Positions 37,169-46,577 of a stretch of DNA of 64,000 bases are shown here, in pieces. The notes below the pieces were generated by a model. That model did not search any database. It had not been told where the DNA came from and was given only the letters and a program-made list of their open reading frames with translations. Numbering within the stretch: the stretch's first letter is position 1; every line of letters begins with the position of its first letter. The translations under genes were made by a program, and so were the position numbers. The stretch spans positions 1,587-65,586 of the forward strand of contig NVWQ02000064.1 in assembly GCA_002733715.2 (NCBI GenBank), read 5' to 3'. The stretch is from Methylophaga sp. Its GTDB lineage: Bacteria; Pseudomonadota; Gammaproteobacteria; Nitrosococcales; Methylophagaceae.

Positions 37169-38291
37169 GCAGTACCCTTCATTGATGAGATTATCTGGAC
37201 TAATTCGCAAAGAAATGTGGCAAATATTTCGTGATCCTTCCAGTATTGGAATCGCCTTTCTTATGCCACTATTGTTATTGCTACTCTTTGGTTATGGTGT
37301 TTCACTCGATGCTAAAGATATTAAACTAGGAATTGTGATTGAAAATCCCGATCTTACTACTCAATCACTTGCAGGTTCATTTGAGCGTTCAGACTACTTT
37401 AAGCCTTTCCCATTTAGTAGTATCCAAGAAGCACAGCAAGCTTTGAGAGAAAGGAGAATTACTAGTATTCTCTGGTTAAGAAACAATTTTTCTGAGCAGT
37501 TGTTATCTGGCCAACAAGCACCTATTTCAGTCATTATCAATGCTGTAGATTCAAATCAAGCCAATATCACTAAGGGCTATATTCAAGGCGTTTGGCTTGC
37601 TTGGCTCACTGAATATTCCGCAGTACAGGGTAAGTCTCTCCCTTTACCCGTAACTTTAGAACAACGAGTTTGGTTTAATCCAGCGCTATCTAGTCGAATG
37701 TTTTTAGTGCCTGGAATTATTGCAATTATTATGACTTTAATTGGTTCACTGTTAACAGCAATGGTGGTGGCTCGTGAATGGGAGCGTGGAACAATGGAAG
37801 CATTAATGGCTACCCCGTTACATATTGGCGAAATGCTACTAGGTAAACTTGTCCCTTATTTTATTTTAGGTATGGGAGGCATGCTGTTCAGTGTGGCCGT
37901 TGCCGTTTGGCAATTTAATGTGCCATTACTTGGTTCATTATGGATATTAATAATTAGTTCAGCTTTATTTATGCTGGTTGCTCTTTTAATTGGCTTGCTT
38001 ATTTCAATACTTTCAAAAAATCAATTTGTCGCAGGACAAATTGCCATTTTAGTCACCTTTCTACCTGCATTTATTTTATCAGGGTTTTTATTTGACATTA
38101 ACTCCATGCCCATAGCAATACAATTTATAACACACATTGTCCCTGCCCGTTATTTTGTTGCAATCTTACAAACACTCTTTCTTGCAGGTGATGTTTGGCC
38201 GGTAATTTTAAGTAATTTAGCGGCCTTATTAATCATGTTCTTGTTCTTGTTTGCCATTGTTTGGCGTAAATCCTATAAACGTTTGGACTAA
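37158..38291 (+). CDS. ABC-2 type permease (YbhS-like)
   Basis: Six TM segments and ABC-2 family features. The ORF track opens at a TTG (37140). The ATG at 37158 (MTHKQYPS) is my preferred start and overlaps the upstream stop by 11 nt. Confidence 0.8.
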   Translation: MTHKQYPSLMRLSGLIRKEMWQIFRDPSSIGIAFLMPLLLLLLFGYGVSLDAKDIKLGIVIENPDLTTQSLAGSFERSDYFKPFPFSSIQEAQQALRERRITSILWLRNNFSEQLLSGQQAPISVIINAVDSNQANITKGYIQGVWLAWLTEYSAVQGKSLPLPVTLEQRVWFNPALSSRMFLVPGIIAIIMTLIGSLLTAMVVAREWERGTMEALMATPLHIGEMLLGKLVPYFILGMGGMLFSVAVAVWQFNVPLLGSLWILIISSALFMLVALLIGLLISILSKNQFVAGQIAILVTFLPAFILSGFLFDINSMPIAIQFITHIVPARYFVAILQTLFLAGDVWPVILSNLAALLIMFLFLFAIVWRKSYKRLD

Positions 38292-38297
38292 TCAGTA

Positions 38298-39407
38298 ATG
38301 CGAAATATTCTAGCTTTAGCAATCAAAGAGTTCTTGGCACTTTTCCGAGACAAACGTAGCCTGTTAGTTATTATTGGCCCGCCTATCATGCAATTGGTTA
38401 TCTTTGGCTTTGCTGCCACTTACGATCTTAATCATGTTCCTATTGCTATTTACAATCAAGATGAAGGGGAATATTCACGAGATTTTATAAGTCAAATTGC
38501 AGGTTCAGAAAATTTTACTATTATTAAATCTATTGACCATGATAGTGAAATTCCGCCACTTATCAATAATAGAAAAGCGTTACTTGTCGTTACTATCGGA
38601 CCCAATTTTAGTGCCGATCTTCATCGTCATCATCATGCTTCTATACAGGCTATATTAGATGGGCGTAACTCTAATACAGCAATGATTGCAATGAATTATC
38701 TACGCACTATATTATTTGAGTTTAACCAGACATGGGCACAAAAACATGGGCTTGGCTCAGCGCTAACCGTTCAACTTAAAATGCGCAGTTGGTATAACGA
38801 AAACTTGCGTTCACAATGGTTTATTATTCCAGGAATTGTGGGGTTGTTAACATTAGTTGTAACCTTAATAGTCACCTCTCTTTCTGTTGCCAGAGAACGA
38901 GAAGAAGGCACGTTTGATCAACTACTTGTCACACCGATGCGTCCTATCGAAATACTGTTAGGTAAAGCGATCCCTGGTGTTGTTATCGGATTATTTGAAG
39001 CCTCGTTTATTATTGTAGTTGCCGTAACTCTATTTGATATTCCTCTGCGTGGCAATATTGGTGCCCTTTATCTAGGGCTAGTGCTATTTATCCTATCTGC
39101 AACAGGGCTAGGATTGATGATTTCATCTATTGCTGTTACTCAACAACAAGCAGTGATGGGGGCATTTTTATTTTTGGTGCCTGCTGTTATTTTATCTGGT
39201 TTTTCTACACCTATTGCTAATATGCCTGAGGCATTGCAATGGTTGACATTACTTGATCCTCTTCGTTATTTTCTAACTATTGTACGAGGGGTTTTCCTTG
39301 AGGGCGATAGTTATGCTCTTCTTTTAAATCAATATTGGCCAATGGCAATAATTAGTTTTATTTCACTTGCTTTTGCTGGCTGGCTATTCCGCCATAGAAT
39401 GTATTAA
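38298..39407 (+). CDS. ABC-2 type permease (YbhR-like)
   Basis: 369 aa, a paralogue of the preceding permease (shared EREEGT/EWERGT and LDPLRYF-type motifs). Confidence 0.8.
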   Translation: MRNILALAIKEFLALFRDKRSLLVIIGPPIMQLVIFGFAATYDLNHVPIAIYNQDEGEYSRDFISQIAGSENFTIIKSIDHDSEIPPLINNRKALLVVTIGPNFSADLHRHHHASIQAILDGRNSNTAMIAMNYLRTILFEFNQTWAQKHGLGSALTVQLKMRSWYNENLRSQWFIIPGIVGLLTLVVTLIVTSLSVAREREEGTFDQLLVTPMRPIEILLGKAIPGVVIGLFEASFIIVVAVTLFDIPLRGNIGALYLGLVLFILSATGLGLMISSIAVTQQQAVMGAFLFLVPAVILSGFSTPIANMPEALQWLTLLDPLRYFLTIVRGVFLEGDSYALLLNQYWPMAIISFISLAFAGWLFRHRMY

Positions 39408-39417
39408 AAGCTGTTAA

Positions 39418-40188
39418 ATGAATTTCTTAACACGCTACCTTACTCGTAGAATACTAAAAAAAAATGCCATACCATTTAAACAATGGCGTGATATTACATC
39501 ACGTATTCCTTTAGTACAATTCAGAACAAATAAAGAAAAAGCACGACTTAGACTACTAAGTACATTATTCATTCACAAAAAATCATTTACCGGCGCCCAT
39601 GATTTAACTATAACGATGGATATGGCTATTACGATAGCCTGCCAAGCCTGTATAGAAATTTTATATTTGGGATTAAACGCCTTTAATGGCTGGATAGAGA
39701 TTATTATTTATCCTGCTGCATTTGTTGTACAGCGAGAAACGATGGATGAAAATGGTATTGTGCACAAGCAAGTCAATAATTTAAGCGGCGAATCATGGGG
39801 AAAAGGCCCCGTTATTCTGTCTTGGGAAGACGTGGAAAAGGATAGCTATTCACTGCACTCTGGGCATAATATTATCATTCATGAATTTGCCCATAAATTA
39901 GATATACTCTCTGGCAGAGCAAATGGGCAACCTCCGCTGCCGCCTAATATGTCAAAAGAAAAATGGTCTGAATATTTAGGAAAGGCTTATGAACGGCTAG
40001 TCAGTAAAATTAATCATCATGAACATACCTATATTAATAATTATGCCGCCACCAACTCAGCAGAGTTTTATGCTGTGTGTTGTGAATATTTTTTTACTGC
40101 TCCTCATAGTCTCAAACAACATAGCCCTGATGTTTATGGGCAACTACAAGCTTATTTTAGACAAAATCCTATTGAATTGTGGGATTGA
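39418..40188 (+). CDS. mtfA: MtfA-family (peptidase M90) zinc metallopeptidase
   Basis: 256 aa, collinear with E. coli MtfA: IIIYPAAFVV, SGESWGKGPVILSWEDV, HEFAHKLD (HExxH), and AEFYAVCCEYFF. Confidence 0.8.
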   Translation: MNFLTRYLTRRILKKNAIPFKQWRDITSRIPLVQFRTNKEKARLRLLSTLFIHKKSFTGAHDLTITMDMAITIACQACIEILYLGLNAFNGWIEIIIYPAAFVVQRETMDENGIVHKQVNNLSGESWGKGPVILSWEDVEKDSYSLHSGHNIIIHEFAHKLDILSGRANGQPPLPPNMSKEKWSEYLGKAYERLVSKINHHEHTYINNYAATNSAEFYAVCCEYFFTAPHSLKQHSPDVYGQLQAYFRQNPIELWD

Positions 40189-40239
40189 CTATTTGAAACT
40201 CGGGTATACTGTTACTTTCAATTAAAAATCAGGTTAAAA

Positions 40240-40659
40240 ATGAAAATTTGTGCCGTAGATCTTAAAGCAAACGATGCAATTATTTGCCTTATGTCGCTTT
40301 CTGATGGTTTATATAATTTACATGATTGTAGGATAAAAAAACTTTCGATTGTTGATGCAACAAGCACTGAGCAACTTAGATGCTTTCAAGTTGATTTTGT
40401 TAAATTGATGGAAGATTATCAAATCGAGAAAGTGGTTATTCGCGAGCGAATGACTAAAGGTAAATTTGCTGGTGGCGCGGTTAGTTTTAAATTAGAAGCC
40501 GCAATTCAGCTTAATAATTCACTAGAGGTTTCACTTCTATCTCCCTCTAAAATAAAAGAAACAATTAAAAATAGTCGTATAAAAATGAGCTTTTCTGAGA
40601 CAGGATTAAAACAGTTTCAAGAGCAGGCTTTTATGACAGGTTTTGCTTTTCTTGAGTAG
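40240..40659 (+). CDS. DUF3010-like hypothetical protein
   Basis: 139 aa. MKICAVDLKANDAIICLMS... and VVIRERMTKGKFAGGAVSFKLEAAIQL resemble my recollection of DUF3010. The assignment is from memory only. Confidence 0.4.
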   Translation: MKICAVDLKANDAIICLMSLSDGLYNLHDCRIKKLSIVDATSTEQLRCFQVDFVKLMEDYQIEKVVIRERMTKGKFAGGAVSFKLEAAIQLNNSLEVSLLSPSKIKETIKNSRIKMSFSETGLKQFQEQAFMTGFAFLE

Positions 40660-40695
40660 CACTAAAGCTAATTTCCTTCTGGGATGAAAATTTCT

Positions 40696-42594
40696 TTAAG
40701 TTCTGTCGTTAAAGAACTGAGCCACATCTTCAATTTTTTGTGTAATGGGCATAGCGGGCAAACTACGTAAAAATAGTTTTCCATAAGGTTTGGTTAAAAA
40801 CCGTGGGTCACACAGCACTAACACACCATAATCTTTAGGATCTCGAATTAAACGTCCTATGCCCTGCTTTAGTTGAATAACCGCAGCAGGGATCTGAATG
40901 CTGGAAAACGGATTGCCGCCCCGCTCTCTAAGTGCATCAATACGTGCTTGTAATACGGGATCACCCGGCGAGGCAAAGGGAATTTTGTCGATCATAACGC
41001 AGGATAAAGCTTCGCCCCGCACATCAACGCCTTCCCAGAAGCTATTTGTGCCTAATAAAACTGCATTGCCATGCTGACGAAAATTATCTAACAATTTTGC
41101 TTTTGAAGCGGTGCCTTGCACCATTAACGGATAATCTATTTCAGCCAGTGCTTCGGCAACAACATTCATTGAGCGATAGCTGGTAAATAATAGGAAAGTT
41201 CGTCCTTTACTGTATTCAATGATCTGGGTTGCTAACTCAATAATATGTTGGTTATAACTATCGTCTTTAGGCTCAACAGGAATATGAGGCATATAAAGCA
41301 GGCTTTGTTTCTCAAAGTTGAAGGGGCTTGGCCATATTTTAGTTTCAGCATCATGAATGCCTAGCTGCTGGCTAAAATTATTAAATTTTCCTGCAACGGT
41401 TAGTGTTGCTGAGGTGAAAATCCATGCCGTTGGCTTTTCATCCATCCATTGTTGAAAATAATGACTTACTTCGTGGGGAGTAGCGTGTAACACTAGGCCT
41501 GTCGCACGAATATCTGCCCATAAAATCATATTGTCATCGGGCTTTTTATGTTCAAAAAACTCCAACAGCGTTATTAATTCATCACAACGTGTATGACACT
41601 GTTGCAAGCCTTTTCCACGCTCTGCGGCCAATTCGAGTTGTTCTAATAAGTCAGTTAAACAACTGATCAGATCAGCTAATTTTAATTTTACGCCTAGTTT
41701 TTCTAAGATCTGCAGCCACGGTGTGCGTTGGTCATTATCCCCTACGCTAGTACGTAATCTGTGCATTGCTGCCTCAACTTTATCAGCATAATCGCGTATT
41801 TTCCCCATATCCTCGGCATCTTGTTCCATTTCACTAATGCTGTCTCTGCATAGTTCTTGAATTTGATGACTGCTAACGCGATCACCTAAAAACTGGCTAG
41901 CTATTTCAGGAAGTTGATGTGCTTCATCAATGATATAGGCATCAGCACTAGGTAAAACTTCACCCTGCCCTGATGATTTTAACGCCATATCTGACATTAA
42001 TAAGTGATGATTAATAACAACAATATCAGCTTCTTGTGCCTTTTTTCGTGCATCTAATACGAAGCATTCATCATAATTAGGGCATTCTTGCCCTAGGCAA
42101 TTATCGATTGTAGAGGTCACTTTTGACCATAATGGTGAGTTATCTTCTAAGATATCACTTTCACTTAAATCGCCGCTTTTGGTTTTATTCGACCATTCTG
42201 CTAATTCTTGTAGTGTTTCATGATGATATTTTTGGTGAGGATCAGTTTGGGCTATATTAAGGCGATAGTGACAAAGGTAGTTGCTACGCCCTTTTAATAA
42301 TGCTGCTCGAAAGGGTGTGGTGAGCGCTTTTCTTAATGTGGGAATGTCTTTATTAAAAAGTTGGTCCTGTAAGTTTTTTGTTCCCGTAGAGATAAATACT
42401 TTTTGACCAGATAATATTGCCGGTGCAAGATAGGCGTATGTTTTTCCTGTTCCCGTGCCCGCTTCTGCAATTAACGTTGTGCTTTCGACCAATGTTTTTT
42501 CGATGATTGTTGCCATTTCGAGCTGCTGCGCTCGTGGTGCATAATCTTTAATTTGTGTAGATAGTAAACCGCCATCGCCAAATACTTGCTTCAT
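40696..42594 (-). CDS. yoaA: DinG-family Fe-S ATP-dependent DNA helicase YoaA
   Basis: About 632 aa, collinear with E. coli YoaA: AEAGTGTGKTYAYLAPA, LLKGRSNYLC, the Fe-S Cys cluster CLGQECPNYDECF, and DEAH (IIDEAHQL). The track starts at TTG 42597, but the ATG at 42594 is more likely. Confidence 0.85.
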   Translation of the reverse strand: MKQVFGDGGLLSTQIKDYAPRAQQLEMATIIEKTLVESTTLIAEAGTGTGKTYAYLAPAILSGQKVFISTGTKNLQDQLFNKDIPTLRKALTTPFRAALLKGRSNYLCHYRLNIAQTDPHQKYHHETLQELAEWSNKTKSGDLSESDILEDNSPLWSKVTSTIDNCLGQECPNYDECFVLDARKKAQEADIVVINHHLLMSDMALKSSGQGEVLPSADAYIIDEAHQLPEIASQFLGDRVSSHQIQELCRDSISEMEQDAEDMGKIRDYADKVEAAMHRLRTSVGDNDQRTPWLQILEKLGVKLKLADLISCLTDLLEQLELAAERGKGLQQCHTRCDELITLLEFFEHKKPDDNMILWADIRATGLVLHATPHEVSHYFQQWMDEKPTAWIFTSATLTVAGKFNNFSQQLGIHDAETKIWPSPFNFEKQSLLYMPHIPVEPKDDSYNQHIIELATQIIEYSKGRTFLLFTSYRSMNVVAEALAEIDYPLMVQGTASKAKLLDNFRQHGNAVLLGTNSFWEGVDVRGEALSCVMIDKIPFASPGDPVLQARIDALRERGGNPFSSIQIPAAVIQLKQGIGRLIRDPKDYGVLVLCDPRFLTKPYGKLFLRSLPAMPITQKIEDVAQFFNDRT

Positions 42595-42597
42595 CAA

Positions 42598-43509
42598 TTA
42601 ACCACCAATACGAACACTAACAGCCCAAGCTACAAAGCTACCAGTGATAAAAAATATAGTAATATAGCCGATCAGATGAAATTTGTAACGCTTGATGAGA
42701 TTTTCTTCTGATAAAGTTGAAAGTATGAAGGCTTGATTTGTATTATGGGACATTTCAAGTAGATTTAGCGGTTGTTGGCTTGCATGGTGGCCATATTCGC
42801 GTTGTATTTGTCGTTCTGCTGCCATACGTACCTGTTGCCATTCTTGTTGGTTTAATTCACCATTATTATCTTTATCATATTTGAGCAATAATAAATTAGG
42901 TGATTTTTTCCACTGACGTAATAATGTGCTTACGTGCAATCTGTGATGGTGTCTTTCTGCACGATCCACCGTTTTAAACAAACCAATAGCATACAGTGGT
43001 TCAGATTCGGTAATGAGTTCTTCGGTATAGCGGCGTGGTTGCATAAAGTCACGTTTATACCAAACACGTTTATCGGTAGTGACTACGTCTGCATCATCTG
43101 GGTCAATAATGCAACGCCCTGTTTCATCTTCAATTAAGAATAATTCTTCACTAGTTTTCTTTTTTATTACCTGCCAAGATGTTGTTGTATTACCCTTGCT
43201 ATCGTGGTGTGTTACTTCTTTTTCAATGATATAACGAAACCAAACACAAGATCGGCTAGATATGGGTGATGTGAGCGAAGAACCATCCATTAGCTGTGCT
43301 TTGCCGTTAAGCTCAACATAACCTTGGGCTGCACTACGAATTTTAGAGGTGGGTGTGTTTTCGATTAGACGGGTGACGTGATGTCTTTTAACCATAAGGT
43401 AAAAAGCATAAAGCCCTATTGTGCTGATTAAAACAGTGGCAACTAAAAATTCAGTGTCACTATAATTTGGAATATCAGCCGCAACAGCATCAAAAAACTC
43501 GCGTATCAT
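42598..43509 (-). CDS. GIDE-domain membrane protein with an embedded canonical EF-hand loop
   Basis: 303 aa with N- and C-terminal TM segments. A GIDE-like core (SAAQGYVELNGKA...CVWFRY...) precedes the EF-hand loop D212-K-D-N-N-G-E-L-N-Q-Q-E223. It lies downstream of lemA, as is usual for this family. Confidence 0.6.
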   Translation of the reverse strand: MIREFFDAVAADIPNYSDTEFLVATVLISTIGLYAFYLMVKRHHVTRLIENTPTSKIRSAAQGYVELNGKAQLMDGSSLTSPISSRSCVWFRYIIEKEVTHHDSKGNTTTSWQVIKKKTSEELFLIEDETGRCIIDPDDADVVTTDKRVWYKRDFMQPRRYTEELITESEPLYAIGLFKTVDRAERHHHRLHVSTLLRQWKKSPNLLLLKYDKDNNGELNQQEWQQVRMAAERQIQREYGHHASQQPLNLLEMSHNTNQAFILSTLSEENLIKRYKFHLIGYITIFFITGSFVAWAVSVRIGG

Positions 43510-43522
43510 AAAACTGATTTAA

Positions 43523-44104
43523 TTAGTTATCAAATAATTGACCGATATTAACATCCGTTGTTTCTTCCGCGGCAAACTCTAATAATTCAAAACTCTTAAA
43601 GTTAAAAAAGCGGGCAATAATTACATCAGGAAATTGTTCGATTCGCACATTATTATTATTGACACTTTCATTATAAAATTCACGGCGATCGGCGATATCA
43701 TTTTCTAGGCCAGTGATTCGAACTTGTAGATGTTGAAATGTTTCATTTGCTTTTAAATCGGGATACGCTTCAGCAACGGCAAATAAGCTGCCCAAACCTA
43801 AACGCATGGCACCTTCTGCCTTACCTAATGCAGCTATATCACCTGATTGTTGAGCTGTGGCTACGGATGTGCGAGCTTGCATCACTTTTTCAAGGGTTTC
43901 TTGCTCATATTCCATATATTGCTTACATGTTTCAACCAGCTTGGGCAGTTCATCATGGCGCTGTTTAAGTAATACATCAATATTTGCCCAGGCTTTACTT
44001 ACGGCATGTTTGAGACTGACCAACCCATTGTAAATAGAAACAAGATAAAAAACAGCAACGGCAATAACGCCCCAAAATATAAATTTTGATACATCTATAT
44101 CCAC
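43523..44104 (-). CDS. lemA: LemA-family membrane protein
   Basis: 193 aa with one N-terminal TM, then YNGLVSLKHAVSKAWANIDVLLKQRHDELPKLVE and ...RREFYNESVNNNN..., as is typical of LemA. Confidence 0.85.
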   Translation of the reverse strand: MDIDVSKFIFWGVIAVAVFYLVSIYNGLVSLKHAVSKAWANIDVLLKQRHDELPKLVETCKQYMEYEQETLEKVMQARTSVATAQQSGDIAALGKAEGAMRLGLGSLFAVAEAYPDLKANETFQHLQVRITGLENDIADRREFYNESVNNNNVRIEQFPDVIIARFFNFKSFELLEFAAEETTDVNIGQLFDN

Positions 44105-44129
44105 AACTTTCTCCCTGCTTTAGTTAACA

Positions 44130-44588
44130 TCATTTATTCCAGACCAATTGACCAATTCGCTTAAATTGAGCTACAGACATGGCGCCTCGCTTTTTATTTG
44201 CTGAGCTAGACTCCGAGCCTGTTGCTTCTTTGATATCTTCTGCTGTCGCTTCATACATTTCAACAGGCATATAGTCATCATCAAACAGCACTAGTACAAC
44301 ATTGTCCCATCGGCCATCGGCCTTAACTTGGCCTATACGTGGGCTGGATTTGCTATCTTCAAAAATCACACGGCCTTTGATTAAAATTCGCAAGCCATCT
44401 CTATCACCCGTGCCAATCGCATCGTGGCCAAGTGTAAGATCATCAATTAAATTTAATGTTAATGTTTTGGCCACATCATAACGTGCAATTTCACCCGTCA
44501 CAGCAAGTGTTGAGCCGGTAGCTTGCCGGTATTTAGCGGCAAGTTGACGTGTTTCGGACATTAACTTGTCAATTGAATAGAGTTCCAT
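44130..44588 (-). CDS. Hypothetical protein, possible PD-(D/E)xK-like fold
   Basis: 152 aa with no TM segment. The pattern GEIARYDV ... GHDAIG ... LRILIKGR ... VVLVLFD resembles a minimal restriction-endonuclease-like core. I recognise no family. Confidence 0.3.
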   Translation of the reverse strand: MELYSIDKLMSETRQLAAKYRQATGSTLAVTGEIARYDVAKTLTLNLIDDLTLGHDAIGTGDRDGLRILIKGRVIFEDSKSSPRIGQVKADGRWDNVVLVLFDDDYMPVEMYEATAEDIKEATGSESSSANKKRGAMSVAQFKRIGQLVWNK

Positions 44589-44622
44589 ACTAAAGCTCTG
44601 AATTATAAATATTTAATTATGC

Positions 44623-44664
44623 AAAAAAAACGGCCTAACTAAATAATCTTAGATAGACCGTTTT
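44623..44664 (-). terminator. Rho-independent terminator after fae (A/T tracts on both sides, potentially bidirectional)
   Basis: Stem ACGGCCTAACTAA / TTAGATAGACCGT (11 of 13 bp) with a 6-nt loop. On the minus-strand transcript it is followed by eight U residues. It lies 24 nt downstream of the fae stop. Confidence 0.75.
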
Positions 44665-44687
44665 AATCTTAATTGCTAGAAATAATC

Positions 44688-45236
44688 TTACTTTTTAGCA
44701 TCTAATGCTCTTTGATAGTATTTATGTACCAATTTTTCTTGATTTTCTAATAAGAAATCAATGCTTGGTTCATTGTTCATTGCTTTTTCAATCGCTCTAC
44801 GTGTTGCTTCACGGTGAATATTGAACAAGGCTTCGTGATCTAAATCTTCAACTTTTTCAACGCCAGGGCTTAACCATACAGATACGATGATACCTAAGTC
44901 ATTTGCTTTCTCTTTCGGGATAGTACCGTTACGAACAGCATCTAATACGCCGTTTGAAATTGCACCTTGAACCGTACCCATTAGGATATTTGTGTAAGCA
45001 GTATCTTTAACAGTCACTTTACTAACCATAATAGTTGCTGGTTTAACCATCATATCGGTGTTCATTAATGATAAAACACGAGTATGGCCTTTGACTTGGT
45101 CACCTAGTAAATTAGCAAATGCAGTACCAAAAGGACCGTCTAATTCGCCGATAATAACTTCAGGTTCTGCTGCTGTGAATGCTGGGCCACCTGCTAGTAA
45201 ACATTCACCAACACGCATTGTCATTTTTTCGCTCAT
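44688..45236 (-). CDS. fae: Formaldehyde-activating enzyme family protein (Fae / Fae-like)
   Basis: 182 aa. The RVGECLLAGGP...IIGELDGPFGTAFANLL...KPATIMVSKVTV... pattern and the length fit Fae (H4MPT-dependent formaldehyde condensation). Confidence 0.65.
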   Translation of the reverse strand: MSEKMTMRVGECLLAGGPAFTAAEPEVIIGELDGPFGTAFANLLGDQVKGHTRVLSLMNTDMMVKPATIMVSKVTVKDTAYTNILMGTVQGAISNGVLDAVRNGTIPKEKANDLGIIVSVWLSPGVEKVEDLDHEALFNIHREATRRAIEKAMNNEPSIDFLLENQEKLVHKYYQRALDAKK

Positions 45237-45407
45237 GGGATAACTCTCCGTTTAATTTAAATTAGATTTAAGGAACATTCGAATTGTTTAACACATTCAT
45301 CTTTTCCTAGAAAACCATACAATTATCCTTGTCTGAAATGGATGTCGCAACTATCTAATAGTTTATAGGTCTATCAAACAGCGTTAAAATTAGTCTAATC
45401 TTTTTTA

Positions 45408-45809
45408 TTGAGTACCGAAATGTCAGAAGTTAAACCCCCTTATGAGCGTATTGGCGGTGAACAAGCTGTTCGCAAGTTATGCCAAACTTTTTATCAGATA
45501 ATGTGTAATACGCCACAAACACAACTAATTCGCGCAATGCATCCTGAAAATATTGGCATTAGTGAAGAAAAACTGTATTTATTTTTAACCGGTTGGTTAG
45601 GTGGTCCTCCTCTTTACACTGACCAATATGGTCATCCGAGGCTTCGAGCTCGACATTTGCCATTTTCAATTGGCATTGAAGAACGCGATCAATGGTTATA
45701 TTGTATGGCACAGGCATTAAAAACCATGGATATAGATCAAATCTTTGCAGAACAATTAATCAGTTCATTTTCTCAAACGGCTGATTTTATGAGGAATAAA
45801 CCCGAATAA
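45408..45809 (+). CDS. glbO: Group II truncated hemoglobin (trHbO)
   Basis: YERIGGEQAVRKLCQTFY..., HPRLRARHLPFSIGIEERDQWLYCMAQAL. The track start at 45408 is a TTG; the ATG at 45420 (MSEVKPP) is an alternative. Confidence 0.85.
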   Translation: MSTEMSEVKPPYERIGGEQAVRKLCQTFYQIMCNTPQTQLIRAMHPENIGISEEKLYLFLTGWLGGPPLYTDQYGHPRLRARHLPFSIGIEERDQWLYCMAQALKTMDIDQIFAEQLISSFSQTADFMRNKPE

Positions 45810-45821
45810 AAAAGGATAATT

Positions 45822-46577
45822 ATGATGAAGATTGGTGCGTTTATTATTGGCGACGTACTGCTTTCAGGAAAGCGTGAAGACCGACACTTCAGTTATCTGC
45901 AATCATTATTAGCAAAACGTGGCCTAGAATTAGACTGGACGATTATCGTTGGTGATGAGCCCGAGCAATTACAACGTTTTTTAGCGTTTAGTTTGTCCAG
46001 TGATGACTTGGTGTTTAGCTTTGGTGGTATAGGTGCTACGCCCGATGATCGGACGCGACAAACGGTTGCTAAAGTTGCAGAAGTGCCACTATTACCTCAC
46101 CCTGAAGCTGTATCGCTAATAGAACAGCAATTTGGTGAAATGGCCTACCCTAATCGTATTCTTATGGCGAATTTGCCTGAAGGCAGTCGCATTATTCCTA
46201 ACCCAATTAATAATGTGCCAGGATTTTCATTCAAAAACCATCATTTTATGCCTGGATTTCCTGAAATGTCATGGCCCATGTCAGAATGGATCTTAGATAA
46301 CCTTTATCCTGATCTTAGAAATGAATCACCAGAAAGTGAACAAATTATTTATATTCTTAATGGCCATGAATCAGAGCTGTTAGATGCCATGGGTAGAATA
46401 GTAGTAGATTATCCAGAATTGCGATTATCAAGCTTGCCTCACCATGGCAAACGACCTCACATTGAGCTCAGTTTGCGCGGCAATAACGACTTAATAATAA
46501 AAGCGATGAACTTTATGAAGCAAGAAGTTGAATCTACTGGTTTTTCTTGGGTTTATCAACTTGATGATAGCAAGTAA
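45822..46577 (+). CDS. Molybdopterin-binding (MoCF/CinA N-terminal-type) domain protein
   Basis: 251 aa with GDVLLSGKREDRH...VFSFGGIGATPDDRT, typical of MoaB/MogA/CinA-N domains. The C-terminal half is unassigned. Confidence 0.55.
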   Translation: MMKIGAFIIGDVLLSGKREDRHFSYLQSLLAKRGLELDWTIIVGDEPEQLQRFLAFSLSSDDLVFSFGGIGATPDDRTRQTVAKVAEVPLLPHPEAVSLIEQQFGEMAYPNRILMANLPEGSRIIPNPINNVPGFSFKNHHFMPGFPEMSWPMSEWILDNLYPDLRNESPESEQIIYILNGHESELLDAMGRIVVDYPELRLSSLPHHGKRPHIELSLRGNNDLIIKAMNFMKQEVESTGFSWVYQLDDSK

